Notes: generated by a model from the letters alone, not told the origin. A DNA stretch of 64,000 nucleotides from Octopus sinensis (GCF_006345805.1 NC_042999.1:123318001-123382000); one strand, 5' to 3'; shown: positions 43,501 through 52,753, numbered from the stretch's first letter. Program-made: numbers and translations.

Positions 43501-44352
43501 GCTTTTAAATAAAGTTTTGGAAGATATCTGCAACATTATGGGAAACACATCATCTTCATCATCACAGACTTCATGTAGCTCGCCACCATCACTTCCTACC
43601 ACCACAATTACCTCGTGTAACTTCATGTCCATCCAGCCACAGTTTTATGATGGTTAGTATCTTAGAATATCAAAAATATTATTTCTTAAACATTGAATTA
43701 TTTCCACCATATTCTTTTATTATATATTTATAAACAACTCATCTTAAAAATAAGTTTTATTGTTATATACTTATTAGAAAATCTCCAGTCAAGATATTTA
43801 GTATAAATGAACTTAAATACTGCTTTGATTAAGTATTGATAATTTGCTATCATTTACTGTTTAATTTTATGCTTTAAACTTAATTTGTATCCATTTCATA
43901 TTATTTAAACTTACAATAATTCGTATTTCTTTTTTATTTATTGAGATGTTAAGTTAAACCTATTTTTATTTGAAAATGATGACTAATTAGAAAACATTTA
44001 TCTTCCAGGAATTCTTCAAGAGGTCTCGGTCCAGCTCCTCCAAAATAACCTCACAAGTACAGAGCTAGCGAGCCGACAGATGGTGTTCCACAGTGTATAT
44101 CTGCTTCTGTTCCTCGCCTGTGGCATGTTTTTGAGTCATGCAGTTGCACAAGTCATAAACTATTACGTCTTTCATGAAAGCAAGGTCCCTATTTTGAGGA
44201 TCTATCAGACAACGAGCTCATCTTCCCCGTGGCCCGAGCATCACAACTGTACCGTTAAGGACATGCACCGTAGCGCCTCCTGGCTACAGAGCAGTGAAAG
44301 TGGTGTATACCTTGGAGACAATGAAGAAAATGTGCGTGAATCCGCTATGTAA
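982..44352 (+). CDS. Multi-exon gene (5'-partial, about 1400 aa in window): uncharacterised five-TM membrane protein with a large Cys-rich ectodomain containing a TNFR-like repeat
   Basis: Twelve exons with AG/GT boundaries join in one frame without stops: 982-1053, 2389-2448, 5637-5925, 9144-9321, 14497-14683, 19598-19708, 21141-21722, 21916-22038, 25190-26345, 29250-30195, 43496-43652, 44009-44352. Total 4205 nt; the first exon starts in phase 1. Confidence 0.88.
1230..1390 (+). repeat. Interspersed repeat; related copies at about 9590-9780 (+) and 42530-42730 (-)
   Basis: Shared cagtcac.tgac.tg.taga.atag..gc.aaat... and ...ctaaacaac tail. Confidence 0.5.
1785..1997 (+). mobile_element. 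SINE family B (central core resembles the Meta/MESC-type SINE domain as I recall it)
   Basis: gagctggcagaa...ctgagttcaaattc...tccttttggggtcgataaaataagta...ggccttgtaccaaaatttcaaacc; many copies in the window. Confidence 0.85.
2389..2448 (+). CDS. Exon B (phase 1-1): DVTFPTHQIRYDGKTCSKVA
   Basis: tatttcag acceptor, cag|gtatgt donor, open in the frame required by both neighbouring exons. Confidence 0.72.
2641..3095 (+). mobile_element. SINE family A, full length, with tandemly duplicated 5' head
   Basis: gcgtag.ag.ggctgtgtggtaagtagtttgc occurs twice (2642 and 2678), followed by the full body. Confidence 0.9.
3245..3675 (+). mobile_element. SINE family B, interrupted by a TTAA-flanked MITE
   Basis: Family-B sequence runs up to ggtgtcaat-TTAA and resumes after 3618. 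Confidence 0.7.
3395..3614. mobile_element. piggyBac-type MITE, 220 bp
   Basis: TTAA target duplication (3391-3394, 3615-3618); TIRs CCCTTTCGTTAC / GTAACAAAAGGG (11 of 12 match). Confidence 0.88.
4250..4470 (+). mobile_element. SINE family B
   Basis: Matches 1785-1997 along its length. Confidence 0.85.
5637..5925 (+). CDS. Exon C (phase 1-2): DNNSLQLMPSGNVF...ILKSYC
   Basis: ctttacag acceptor, ag|gtaggt donor, lies within ORF 5609-5929. Confidence 0.88.
9144..9321 (+). CDS. Exon D (phase 2-0): RHPLPDYYNMILEVHPN...VCPKLK
   Basis: poly-T plus aag acceptor, aag|gtaaaa donor, frame matches exon C. Confidence 0.87.
10262..10590 (-). mobile_element. RTE-type 3' tail copy, degenerate
   Basis: (CAT)n then tttccatgctggcataggttag...tttctatggttggatgc. 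Confidence 0.7.
10790..10870. repeat. (TA)n microsatellite
   Basis: Seen directly. Confidence 0.95.
11055..11432 (+). mobile_element. SINE with family-A tRNA head and RTE-like 3' tail ending (GAT)n
   Basis: Head ccacatggtttcaggttcagttccc; tail ggcatccagctgtag...cccatg...ttaaatgatgatg. Confidence 0.75.
13918..14152. mobile_element. hAT-like MITE, degenerate
   Basis: Imperfect TIRs tagtggtgtagctagag / ctctttagctatgcttgtg; flanks gtcaaatt / gtaaaatt (7 of 8 match). Confidence 0.55.
14497..14683 (+). CDS. Exon E (phase 0-1): GKRLKALSPAANSIVC...CLSCIQRGCRNS
   Basis: ttttcttag acceptor, a|gtaagt donor, overlaps ORF 14506-14691. Confidence 0.87.
15863..16290 (+). mobile_element. Retroelement with RTE-type 3' tail ending (GAT)n
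   Basis: gccggtggcacataaaagcaccc...ggaagggcatccagctgtagaaac...cggacattaaacgatgataatgatg. Confidence 0.8.
16720..17642 (+). mobile_element. 5'-truncated RTE-clade LINE: decayed ORF C-terminus, tandemly repeated 3' UTR, (GAT)n tail
   Basis: Decayed translation LCWYDHVMHMDEDSCVKKC...GRGRPMKTWDEVVK matches the RTE C-terminal RLRWxGHVxRM...RGRPxKTW motif; about three repeats of a roughly 200-bp unit follow. Confidence 0.85.
19598..19708 (+). CDS. Exon F (phase 1-1), Cys-rich: SPLRGENSCCQIPCYRTYSCRKSYDSLCPPSPVECAT
   Basis: attgcag acceptor, cag|gtaaga donor; too short for the ORF track but bridges exons E and G in frame. Confidence 0.85.
21141..21722 (+). CDS. Exon G (phase 1-1): GDAYVFTLRPMF...PQIKLLIS
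   Basis: ctttgatag acceptor, g|gtaagt donor, lies within the 208-aa ORF. Confidence 0.9.
21916..22038 (+). CDS. Exon H (phase 1-1): ANSSILKHYQHDFPNALLNSSSLEVKLFWQPVLKNWMMKIK
   Basis: ctctttatag acceptor, aag|gtaatt donor, 123 nt open in the required frame; as a symmetric exon it is not strictly needed to keep frame. Confidence 0.72.
23260..23433 (+). mobile_element. SINE family A, 3' half
   Basis: gcttgacaaccgatgctagtgtg...gaaacaagtaaaagag is nearly identical to 2921-3091. Confidence 0.88.
25190..26345 (+). CDS. Exon I (phase 1-2): end of ectodomain, TM1, Pro-rich loop, TM2, start of helical extracellular loop 1
   Basis: ttttttcag acceptor, ca|gtaagt donor, 375-aa ORF; hydrophobic PVIAILVSASILGTMMLCTLAGLLIY and LVFLFIVIYLMYSFFFTLSVTLGLFYVII. 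Confidence 0.92.
26983..27400 (-). mobile_element. Second copy of the family-A-head / RTE-tail SINE
   Basis: Reverse complement has the same organisation as 11055-11432. Confidence 0.72.
28130..28885 (+). mobile_element. RTE (Expander/Rex3-like) LINE 3' relic, interrupted by a hAT MITE
   Basis: Decayed peptides QVAEMEF..., ESLQVEPLLLYI..., LQAKPTGRRP...RWLDNI, DDRILWRR. Confidence 0.7.
28219..28541. mobile_element. hAT-type MITE, 323 bp
   Basis: TIRs CAGCGATGCACAACCT / AGGTTGTGCATCCATG; 8-bp TSD CTCTAGAA / CTCTAGAG. Confidence 0.85.
29250..30195 (+). CDS. Exon J (phase 2-0): end of loop 1, TM3, cytoplasmic loop, TM4, start of loop 2
   Basis: ctctttcag acceptor, cag|gtaagt donor, 337-aa ORF; hydrophobic FFSVLVAIFIILDALLLFY and LFLKLILFALVVFFLGIFLAAA. 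Confidence 0.92.
31040..31175 (-). mobile_element. SINE family A head, degenerate
   Basis: cactcacaagactttggtcatcccaaggctatagtgaaagacatttggccaag. Confidence 0.6.
31655..31860 (-). mobile_element. tRNA-derived SINE, third family, degenerate
   Basis: Reverse complement has B-box-like ggtttcaacccc followed by gttgtgatcttgagcaaaac. Confidence 0.55.
31872..32170. mobile_element. hAT (Charlie-like) MITE
   Basis: TIRs CAAGGGTTCTCAACC / GGTTGAGAATCACTG; the right-hand TSD is not preserved. Confidence 0.7.
32350..33230 (+). pseudogene. Decayed C-terminus of an R4/Dong-like non-LTR retrotransposon (Zn knuckle and restriction-like endonuclease)
   Basis: LKWGTELLIIAAQEQVIR..., ESIxH...YKWRHN..., DFSIETDHSITAKKP..., IIDFAV motifs, broken by frameshifts and stops. 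Confidence 0.8.
33230..33770 (-). mobile_element. Three head-to-tail SINE family B copies
   Basis: aaaggatgaaaggtaaagtc...gaatttgaactcagaac core present three times (about 33247, 33480, 33695). Confidence 0.85.
34240..34435 (+). mobile_element. SINE family B, degenerate
   Basis: ttggcaggactgttag...ttcatccttcttgggctgataaaatagagtaccag. Confidence 0.65.
34717..34932 (-). mobile_element. SINE family B, full length, with a 19-bp target-site duplication
   Basis: Flanked by agaacacccgtagaatatt (34698-34716) and agaacacccacagaatatt (34933-34951). Confidence 0.88.
35351..35949. mobile_element. TTAA-flanked composite insertion (piggyBac-like ends, very AT-rich interior)
   Basis: TTAA-CCCTTT...AAAGGG-TTAA termini; the TIR match is only 6 bp. 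Confidence 0.45.
35960..37620 (+). pseudogene. Decayed reverse-transcriptase region of an R4/Dong-like LINE (probably extends 5' to about 34500)
   Basis: Remnants LNMA*IDYQKV...PHSYIL, a decayed QGDSLSPLLF-like box at about 36880-36940, FYIDNLKLYA (YxDD box), RFCLEKC. Confidence 0.75.
37775..37858 (+). pseudogene. Short RTE-clade RT fragment
   Basis: Translates as GNLISSAGVCSESVVARIRIGWR, resembling RTE LGDxIxxxGGCxxxVxARIRxGW. Confidence 0.6.
38985..39185 (-). mobile_element. SINE family B, degenerate
   Basis: ggcactaggccagca...ccagtacttgactagtac...tttatcaaccctgaaa. Confidence 0.7.
39965..40481 (+). mobile_element. Non-autonomous Helitron inserted in a (TA)n tract
   Basis: Starts tatatataaaactgtagttgtgtg...; ends in GC-rich hairpin cccgagcaacgccagg followed by CTAG then T; no TSD; CpG-rich. 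Confidence 0.8.
40812..40950 (-). ncRNA. Minimal type I hammerhead-ribozyme motif (Penelope-like terminal repeat) with extended stem II
   Basis: Minus strand reads AUCU-CCGAAGA-GGCC...GGCC-GAAA-C(AGCU)G-UA-AGAU; U4 of the core is replaced by C. Confidence 0.6.
41248..41503 (-). mobile_element. RTE-type 3' tail copy
   Basis: catcatcatttaacgtccac...ggctggatgcccttcctaacgccaaccactccg is the reverse complement of about 16100-16290. Confidence 0.85.
41518..41795. repeat. Long palindrome, arms of about 130 bp with an 11-nt spacer
   Basis: tgtagacttaccttgcattcaatattt.ggggttatgaccccattt is mirrored by aaatggggtcataaccc.gaaatattgaatgcaaggtaagtctaca; similarity continues to both outer ends. Confidence 0.92.
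41796..42098. repeat. Compound (TA)/(CA)/(TG) microsatellite
   Basis: Seen directly. Confidence 0.92.
42800..43105 (+). mobile_element. SINE family A, degenerate
   Basis: ttcagtcccactgc...gcttgacaatcagtgttgg...cagaaacaagtaaaag. Confidence 0.75.
43496..43652 (+). CDS. Exon K (phase 0-1): RQLLNKVLEDICNIMGNTSSSSSQTSCSSPPSLPTTTITSCNFMSIQPQFYD
   Basis: ttttttatag acceptor, g|gttagt donor, bridges exons J and L in frame. Confidence 0.82.
44009..44352 (+). CDS. Terminal coding exon L: TM5 and cytoplasmic tail ending VRESAM*
   Basis: tcttccag acceptor; in frame with ORF 44080-44352; hydrophobic VYLLLFLACGMFLSHAVAQVINYYVF; TAA stop. Confidence 0.87.
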
Positions 44353-45083
44353 ATAGAAACAACCCCTACTCACTTCCCTCCTACCTGGATTCCTGGGATA
44401 TCCTTGGCTGCTCCAGTTTCCTCCTTACAATTAGGAGGTTTCTGGATTCATTACAGTGGCATGCCAACATATCTCCAGACCATAACCTGGAGGAGTAACT
44501 CACAAATTTGTGTTCTTAGGATTGTGTAATCTATTACAAGTGGACACAGCATTCATCCTGGACAATAGATGTTGGTCATATTCCTACAAGATCATGCTAT
44601 TGTTTCTTAGTTCATATTTGTCCATCCGGTGACAATAAGAAGAAGTCATTTTAAATAAGTAATCATCACTATCAAATGAATGTTTCCAGGAAGCAATGAG
44701 AAATGAAGTAAAATGAGGAAAGAGGCTTTCCCTTTCGCCAATAGCTGTTTGGTACATGATGCCTGCACTTTTCCCAGTCATGCTCTGAAGGAAAAAAAAA
44801 AAATGATGCTAAAAATATATTGTTATTATTCAACTCCCCAAACCCATCATGAGAAAGAGAAGGCAAACGAGTTTAAAGTTAAAGCAAACAAACAAAATGA
44901 ATGGAGTATCTAAAATGTGTATGTTTGTATTTAGGTGTATGTAAGAGAACTTAGCTTTCAGTTTGCCTTCGGTCTTTCCAGAAAAATATATGCAAGCAAA
45001 TCATATTACATTGCCTGCCACTCATCAATCCTTATTTTAATCAGTTGTTATTAATTTCATTAAAAAAAAAACGAAACAAAAAC

Positions 45084-45089
45084 AATAAA
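45084..45089 (+). promoter_or_regulatory. Candidate polyadenylation signal AATAAA
   Basis: First AATAAA I noticed after the stop (about 730 nt downstream); the hexamer is common in AT-rich DNA. Confidence 0.25.
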
Positions 45090-45327
45090 AAATATACATA
45101 GTATACAGATATGTATATATGTGTAATACATTACACAAATATACATGTGTCTGTGTATATATGTATGTAAATTCATACGTATATAATAGAAGTCTAGGTA
45201 GACTGATAGATAGAAAAACTAGTACCTCCAAGTACTTAGTTATCATGACCAAGGATGGAAAGTTTTGTGGGAAATCTGCTTTCACTTTACAAAAATGTAC
45301 TGAAAAGAATCTTTGCATTGAAAAATT

Positions 45328-45329
<2 letters not shown>

Positions 45330-45376
<47 letters not shown>

Positions 45377-45508
45377 CACACATATACATCTATATAAATA
45401 CTTATATATACAAATATATATGTATATATATATTATATATATATACCATATATACATATATACCATACATTTGTATATCTATATGTGTGTATATACATGC
45501 AATGCATG

Positions 45509-45539
<31 letters not shown>

Positions 45540-45738
45540 GCATTACATATATATATGCAATTATGCAGAAAAATACATAGACATAAATGTGTGTATATAT
45601 GAATATATATCTATACACACATACATACACACGTTCAAATGTGTGTATGTATATATGTATACTTGTATGTACACACATGCACACATATATACATGTATGT
45701 ATATAATCTTTATATATATATGTATATATACATATATA

Positions 45739-45772
<34 letters not shown>

Positions 45773-45773
45773 C

Positions 45774-45807
<34 letters not shown>

Positions 45808-45962
45808 ACACACATAAGCATACATCTGCATATATGTATATATGATTTATATATGTGTGTGTGTGTGTGTGTATATATATATACACCCACACATACATGT
45901 GTGTGTGTATGTATATATATATATATCTCAAATATAAATATATGTACATACATACATATATG
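45330..45962. repeat. About 630-bp compound purine-pyrimidine-alternating microsatellite
   Basis: Seen directly; source of many spurious YI/HT/CV ORFs. Confidence 0.95.
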
Positions 45963-47938
45963 TCCCATTTTTGTATACTTACAGAAACGTTTCACTCTGT
46001 GAAGACTTAATTTGATAATCTGGGTGATAAAACTGCTTAAGATCAAGTTGTCAACACTATCATTGTTCATCTTCTTAAAGCCATTGATGCTACAGGTGTA
46101 GATTCAACTGAAAGAAAGGATTCTCATAACTAACGAAGAATTGAAAACTATTTAATTGGTAATGGATCAGTGAAGAGACGTGTGAAAAGTTACTTAACTG
46201 TGTGAATTGAGAAGGCAATACTGAAAGCTGAGGGTTGTTAACCCAATGTTGGTTTTATGAGGATATTAAATGGAGGCAGAATATCATTCATTTCACCTGT
46301 AACACAGACAATGGCCCCCAACTGGTGCTGAACTGAATGACGTCTAAAGGAAAAGTACATCGTCATCTGTGTCCCTGTTTGTATAAATGTTAATTGTTAT
46401 GTTAATCTGACATTTACATCTCCTTGGCTCATCACCTAAAACTAAACAAGTGGATATTCTGGGTAGCCATTTTGTGTGTATGAATTCCTAAATGATCAAC
46501 GGTCTTTTGACTGTTACTAAGTTGCAACTAGTGTAATATTTTTTACTTGATGGAATGGTGTAGAGTGAAAGTGTTTCTGTAATTATGGAATACTTTTTTT
46601 TCCATGTAATCACTCTTTGCTATATATATAAAAAGAAAAAAAACACAGTTGAAACTGTGATCAAAATGTATATACCAAATCAGACACAGCAAAAAGGATA
46701 CAGTTGTGTTAGAATCTAAAATTGTGTCTTTATATCCATTATTTGTTATTAAATATTTGAAAATCAGGCACTATTATAGTGAAATTGAAGTTCAATTTTT
46801 TTGCTGGAGTTTCATTACTAATCATCCATAATAAAAGCATATGGATTACATTGAAACCATGCCACAAGGTGTTATGAAAGTTTTGTATCAAACTAGAATT
46901 ATACAAATGGATCCCAGCATCCAGCTGATCGCAAGCCCACAAGAGCCACTCATTAGCACACAATGCCAAACTGATTTCCAACACATGAATAGAAGCCTGA
47001 CATACTCTATATTCCATGTTTCAAAAATGGTGGTCAACACTGCTGGCTATGTAGCTAACATAAGGCTCACAGAATTATAGGCCTTGTCTGCAGTTGAGTG
47101 GAGGGCTAAATGGCGATTTTATACTGTCAAACAGTTTAATAAGAACCTTTTTCTATATACATAAGATAAGCAGTCACTCAACCTTGTTTTTCTCAGTTAA
47201 GCATATAATGTCGTTCTTAAATTAAAAATGTATTCAGTCTATATTTCATATTCAGCCAAACTTGATATTTAACCAATGTAATATTTTAAATGATTGTTAT
47301 GTTGATTTTTTGGCTTTGATTTGTAACTAAATATACTCAATAATTATTAGTAACTGTATTCTAATACCTGGAGAAGAGGGTTAGATAGTAGCTAAAAGTA
47401 ACATTTTCACACTTCAAGTCTTGTGTTTTATGGGAAATATTCAAAACTCTGATAAAAAGAAAACAATTTACCAACTCAGCCAATGGTTCACTCTATATAG
47501 ACTTCAAAGGCAATATATTTTCAGAGTTTTCTTAATAATTAAGGATCCCAGCATTACCAATGAACGATTTCTATGTACACTTGAACAAGGAACCTTCATG
47601 CCATATATATATGTGCGTGTGTACATGTGTATGTATATATATATAAACACATACCTATATATATGTATATACACACATACACACACATATGCATACATAA
47701 ATATATTCATTCACACTATATATGTACGTGTACATGTTTATATATTTTTATGCACATGTATACATGCATATGTATGTTTGCTATGTGTACATGTGATCAT
47801 ATTATATATACATGTAATGTGAGTAGCTGTCCTAATGAATATAATATATGTTTGATATAAATGAGAGGAATTATGTAAGACAAACATATATATAAGTGGC
47901 AACTGCCTTTTCTCTAGAACCAGCTGGTTTGGTGAAGT

Positions 47939-47996
47939 AGAGAGAGAGAGAGTGCGAGAGAGAGAGAGAGAAAGATACAGTGAGAGAGAGAGAGAG
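47939..47996. repeat. (GA)n microsatellite
   Basis: Seen directly. Confidence 0.9.
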
Positions 47997-50900
47997 TCAG
48001 ATGCAGGGAAGTTAATACTTCCATATCTCCCTGCCAAAGTAACATACCATAAATCTGTGTAACCAGTGGTCTTATACAGACTATGGTTGTCAACAACATT
48101 CAGATTTTACAGTCAGGTAAGGACTTAAGTTCATTGCTAAAAGCTAATTTTGCTTTGCAAACTTCTGTTTTAAACCTTGCCACTACTGCCAAACTAGGGC
48201 AGGACCACACTCTGAAAATGTTAACTTTTTATTTCATGCAAAACAAAAATGCACATTTTATTGAATTATTTATTATTTCTGCTTATAATTTTCCTGGGAA
48301 TAATTTTTTTTTTTTTAATTCGTTTTTAGTTCATGTATGGATATTTATATTTGTGTGAGTCTGAGCCTTATGTGAAAATTTTTAAGTCTCATGCCCAAGT
48401 GTGCACATACAAATATAAAGAAAGGAAAAATAGGCTATGTTACTTTTCTGAAGTGTTCACATCTCATTATTCAATGATGTATGTGTATCAGTTCATTCCC
48501 TCCCTGGCTGCAAGCAATAACTAATGCACCACAAAAGGGCTTTGTATGGGAAAGACTATTGAAATTGAAAAGTCTGGGTGAACAAGTCACATGACTCAGA
48601 GATTGGTGAGACTATCGTTAGAGCTATAAAGATACAGAAAAAAAACAAAACAAACATTTGAACACCATTTCTTACCTCCATCTTTTCCCCAAACAAATAT
48701 CAAAAGGTATCATGAATTCGCTCAAAGCAATTAAATTACTCTTGTGGAAGTTACTTTTTGGAAAAAAGATATTAAATAGTTGTTTGTCAAAATATTTTCT
48801 CTACTTGACACTAAAATTCTATTCCCATGAAGCAAAAACAGCACTTACATTTCTTCAAAAGGTAAAGGTTCTCTGTTTTCGTTATAAAGTCCTATTGATA
48901 ATTTCTAGTCTTCTTCAACAAATTTTGCTATCACTGCTTTCTATATTGATTTTCTTTGATCCAATGCCTCAGCTGTGGTGATACCTATGCATTTGGTTGG
49001 ATCTAATATACAAGGTACTGTACTAGTTTTGTTATCATTGTAAGCTAGTATGGAAACATAAACACCAGAATGAGGTATCCTGCAGCTGGTCAGCTATAAT
49101 GACACTAACTGATTTCTACACTGATTGACCATTATTGAAAAGTGGTCATCAGTCACCATGTGCTAGATATGCTCTTAACTGTGATAGTGGACACTTGGCT
49201 TATAACATTTTTAGTTAACTGTAAAAAAAAACCCTATGGGCTATGAATTCTTTTTAATTAACCATTTTAGGTTATAATGTTAGAGATAAACTTATTGTTT
49301 TATTATAATGATTATTATTATTATTATCATTATTATTATTATTGTTACTATTATTAGTATTAGTATTGATGTTGTTGTTTTATTATTATTGTTGATTTTT
49401 TTAATTATGATAGATAGTGTCTGTGTATATATATATTGCCATAGTAAACAGGCACAATAATTATCTGCTTCAAAATTAAGAAAAATTAGCGATGTTATTG
49501 ATATTGTATAACTTGTAACTTGACATACATTTTACATGACTGTAAAGTAAAAATATTTAGAGAAAGAAAAAAAAATGGAAGGACATTTTTAAAGCCCTTA
49601 CCTTATTCTCTAAACATTTATTTACTGAATACCATGAATGTGTCAAGTAACAACTTATAACAAGCAAACAGTAGATTCTAGAATTTTACACTTTAAATTA
49701 AAGAATTTATTTTTCATACTTAATTTTTGTATTCTATTTGGAATAATTTGCTTTGCTCAATGTTATGTAAGAGTTTTGTAAGTTTTGCTACTCAGTTTGT
49801 GGGGGACAAAAATATAAAAACAAAAGAAACAAAGCTGTATTGTGACTTGAAAGTAAACTGATGAAGAAAATGTACAATGTGGCATATTCTAAACTTGTGA
49901 ACACTTAAAAGAGAGCTGTAATGGCCATTATAGGTGTTCAGGTGACTGATAAAATGTCAAGTAAACAACATCTGGTCATAAAATCAATTTCAGATATTAT
50001 TTTTTAAAACTTCAGTTTGCATTTCAAATTTTTAAGGATTTTATGTAGATATGTATATGCATAACAATCATTATGGTCTGGAATGCTGTATGCACAAAGC
50101 TGATTGACAGCAAAGTGACAAAATTACCTTGTCTTCCTTCTTCCTTGGTTAGTACTGTTTAACAAGTATCTTACATGTGTTTGTCATTTATAGATGTTGA
50201 GAGTCCTCTTGTATCAGAATCTCATGAAGTTTATTGATATTGAATTCATTATTATTCAAAACATACAAAAAAAAATGTTGTTAAGTCTTTTGCTGTCACA
50301 TAATTAGTTTTAAGAATAGAACTGAAAAGTAAACCAACCACCCAACCAATTGATCAGCAGCACAAGGGAGACTTGGATCATCATTCATGACAATCCAAAA
50401 CTCTGGCCACTATGCAACCTGGCATTTCTGATAAACAACAGAATAAATGTGGGGGAATTAGTCTTAAATATGAAATCTCATAAATGAATCCTGGGTTTCT
50501 CTGACTATGATACAAAATTGTAGGAATTGTAGCCCAGCCCCACAGATCAAAATGAGAATAAACCTGGGCATAGTACAGAGTTTGAATAAGAGTATACATT
50601 CGTTTTGTATTTGTCTCTTTCTATATACCGTTAACATTAATATACTAGCTGCCAATTTAAAAGTATATTTTCTGGCTACACCTAGAAAATTGACTGCAAC
50701 TATCTTATGCTGCTAGAAGAGGGAGAAGCCTTCTAAATATTTGATTCATGTTATCAAATACGGTTCATCTACACCACAGCATCAGGTTAGTGTTTCTATC
50801 ACATCTTTCATCAAACATTTCCTCCTTCTTTGGGTCATGCAAGGAGCTGAGAATACATTTGATCTGCGGATGGTAAAATGTACTCTGTTGTGCAGCTTTA

Positions 50901-51363
50901 GATTAATCTCAACTCTATAATTTGTTGTTATTAGTAAATGATTTTCAGTCCAGTGTTATTAGTTCTGAAACTATCAAGAACCAGTATGCTCCATTGAATT
51001 TAAGGTGCATTGTATTATGTTCAGGAGATTCTTTGTTATTTATCTTTTACTTAACATGCATATTTAAACCTTAACGAACATACAAATTTCACAAGACTAA
51101 ATTTGTGTGTGTATGTATCATATAACTAGATGTATAGATGTGTGTTGTGTATGTTTTTGTGTACAAGTGTGAATGTATGTAACACTTAAAAATATTTCTG
51201 CTTTAACGTTTCTTCCAAGTATCTTAGATTTATCTGTCTTCAAAGATGGTTGTTTAGAAAAATATGAAATTATAGAAATGTTGATTTTGTAGTAACTGCA
51301 CCATGTTAAATCCTGGACAGTTCTACAAACATTTTGTCAAATTTGTAAATAGATCAGAAGACA

Positions 51364-51470
51364 ATGGCCACTTTTGAGAAGCAAACAGCTGTGATAAAAT
51401 TTGTCCAAAAGGCAGGCACATCTACTGTGAATACGATTCAGACATTTATGGCAGTTGTTATAGGAGTCTA
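51364..51470 (+). pseudogene. Possible mariner transposase N-terminal relic
   Basis: FEKQTAVIKFVQKAGTSTVNTIQTFMAV resembles the mariner EQRAVIKFxxxxGxSxxE N-terminal HTH; no TIR identified. Confidence 0.4.
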
Positions 51471-52236
51471 TAGTGATTGCCTGGCTGGCTTGACAGATTT
51501 CTTATTTGTTCCGGCAGGGAAAATAGTTGCAAATTACCCCCTGTTCTCCTGCACACAGGCCAAACATAGACCCATACAACTGCCATGCCATCTGTTCAGA
51601 ATCACAGGAAATAACAGAACACATTTCATGACCAACAACAAATATAGCTTGAATGAAAATTCCACAGGACTTGTATGACGCAATATGATGTGTTGTGTCT
51701 TTGGCCAGTTTGTGGAATATTGACAAATAATGTGTAATGCTTTTTAGCATTTTGTATGTGGATCATTTCATTTGTTTTTCTACAACCATTGTAGAAAGGT
51801 GTATAAATTCTGGATATGTTTGGAAAAACAAGTAAATTTATACTAATAAAAATATTGAACAATAAAGCTTTAAACTGAAACCAGTTGTAAATAAGCCTTC
51901 TAAAGACTTCTAAAAACCCATTACACATCATCAGTTCTGTTGCTTTGCTGCAGCTAGGGGAACTAGAAGTTGAGATGGTGTAACAATACTTCAGTTTTAT
52001 TTAGATCTATCAAAACATTCAAAACTGTGTGTATGCCAGAATCTGTGCAATGTCTGATCATTATTTTACTCATATACAGTTTTTATCATTTCATTTGTGG
52101 CACCTCAGACTGCGTTAAGATCTTTGCACCGTGCAAATCTATAAAACAACAAAAAAATGTGAAAAGAGAGAAAAAAATTACTAAAAAACCAGCTGGAACA
52201 TACACAGCTTCTACTGAAATGTAATTTAAATGAACA

Positions 52237-52287
52237 CTAGTAGGTAACTACATCTACTTTTTGCACTGTAGCTTCATCACCTTCTAC
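52237..52287 (-). other. Candidate terminal exon of a convergent minus-strand transcript (VEGDEATVQKVDVVTY* if phase 0)
   Basis: Very strong acceptor on the minus strand: about 35-nt pyrimidine tract plus TTACAG|G; the other two frames stop almost immediately. Confidence 0.4.
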
Positions 52288-52690
52288 CTGTAAAAAAAAA
52301 ACAAAAAAGAAAAGAAAAAACAAATCTCTTCCCACACAGACAGTATGGATGTCTTGTCTCTGTAGAACAAACATATTTTACTTGCACCCCCTATTGTGTT
52401 TTTCAGTATACACTTCTCTTCTTTTTCATGATCGTTGGTTTAATTTCATTTAAGTTGAATTACAGATGAACAATGACAGTTATTAAAAGATAAACAAAAG
52501 AAATTTACTCATAGTTCTCTTCTTCTCAATTTTTTATAAAAAAATATTATTATTATTATCATTATTACTTTTATGTTTCATCTTTTTTTGTATCTTTTGT
52601 CTCTTACTGAACAGTTATAGGATAAGTAGTCATGTGTTTAATCAACACCCATTTATATAAAACCCATTTGCATATATAAGTTTGTGTGTG

Positions 52691-52751
<61 letters not shown>

Positions 52752-52753
<2 letters not shown>

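Noticed and set aside
982-44352. Naming the gene as a TNF receptor, prominin, Tweety or DC-STAMP orthologue
   Set aside because: There is no death domain or single-pass topology, and I do not see family-diagnostic motifs. The similarity is topological only and needs profile or structure searches.
45037-46070. Stack of long overlapping ORFs (up to 171 aa) rich in Y, I, H, T, C and V
   Set aside because: These are translations of (TA)/(CA)/(TG) microsatellite, which lacks stop codons. The same applies at 255-469, 10726, 39394-39682, 41819-42107, 47421-47860, 53134-53865 and 57084.
50350-50425. tRNA-Asp-like sequence on the minus strand
   Set aside because: Only an A-box-like start and a GTC triplet; no T-arm or B-box and no acceptor stem.
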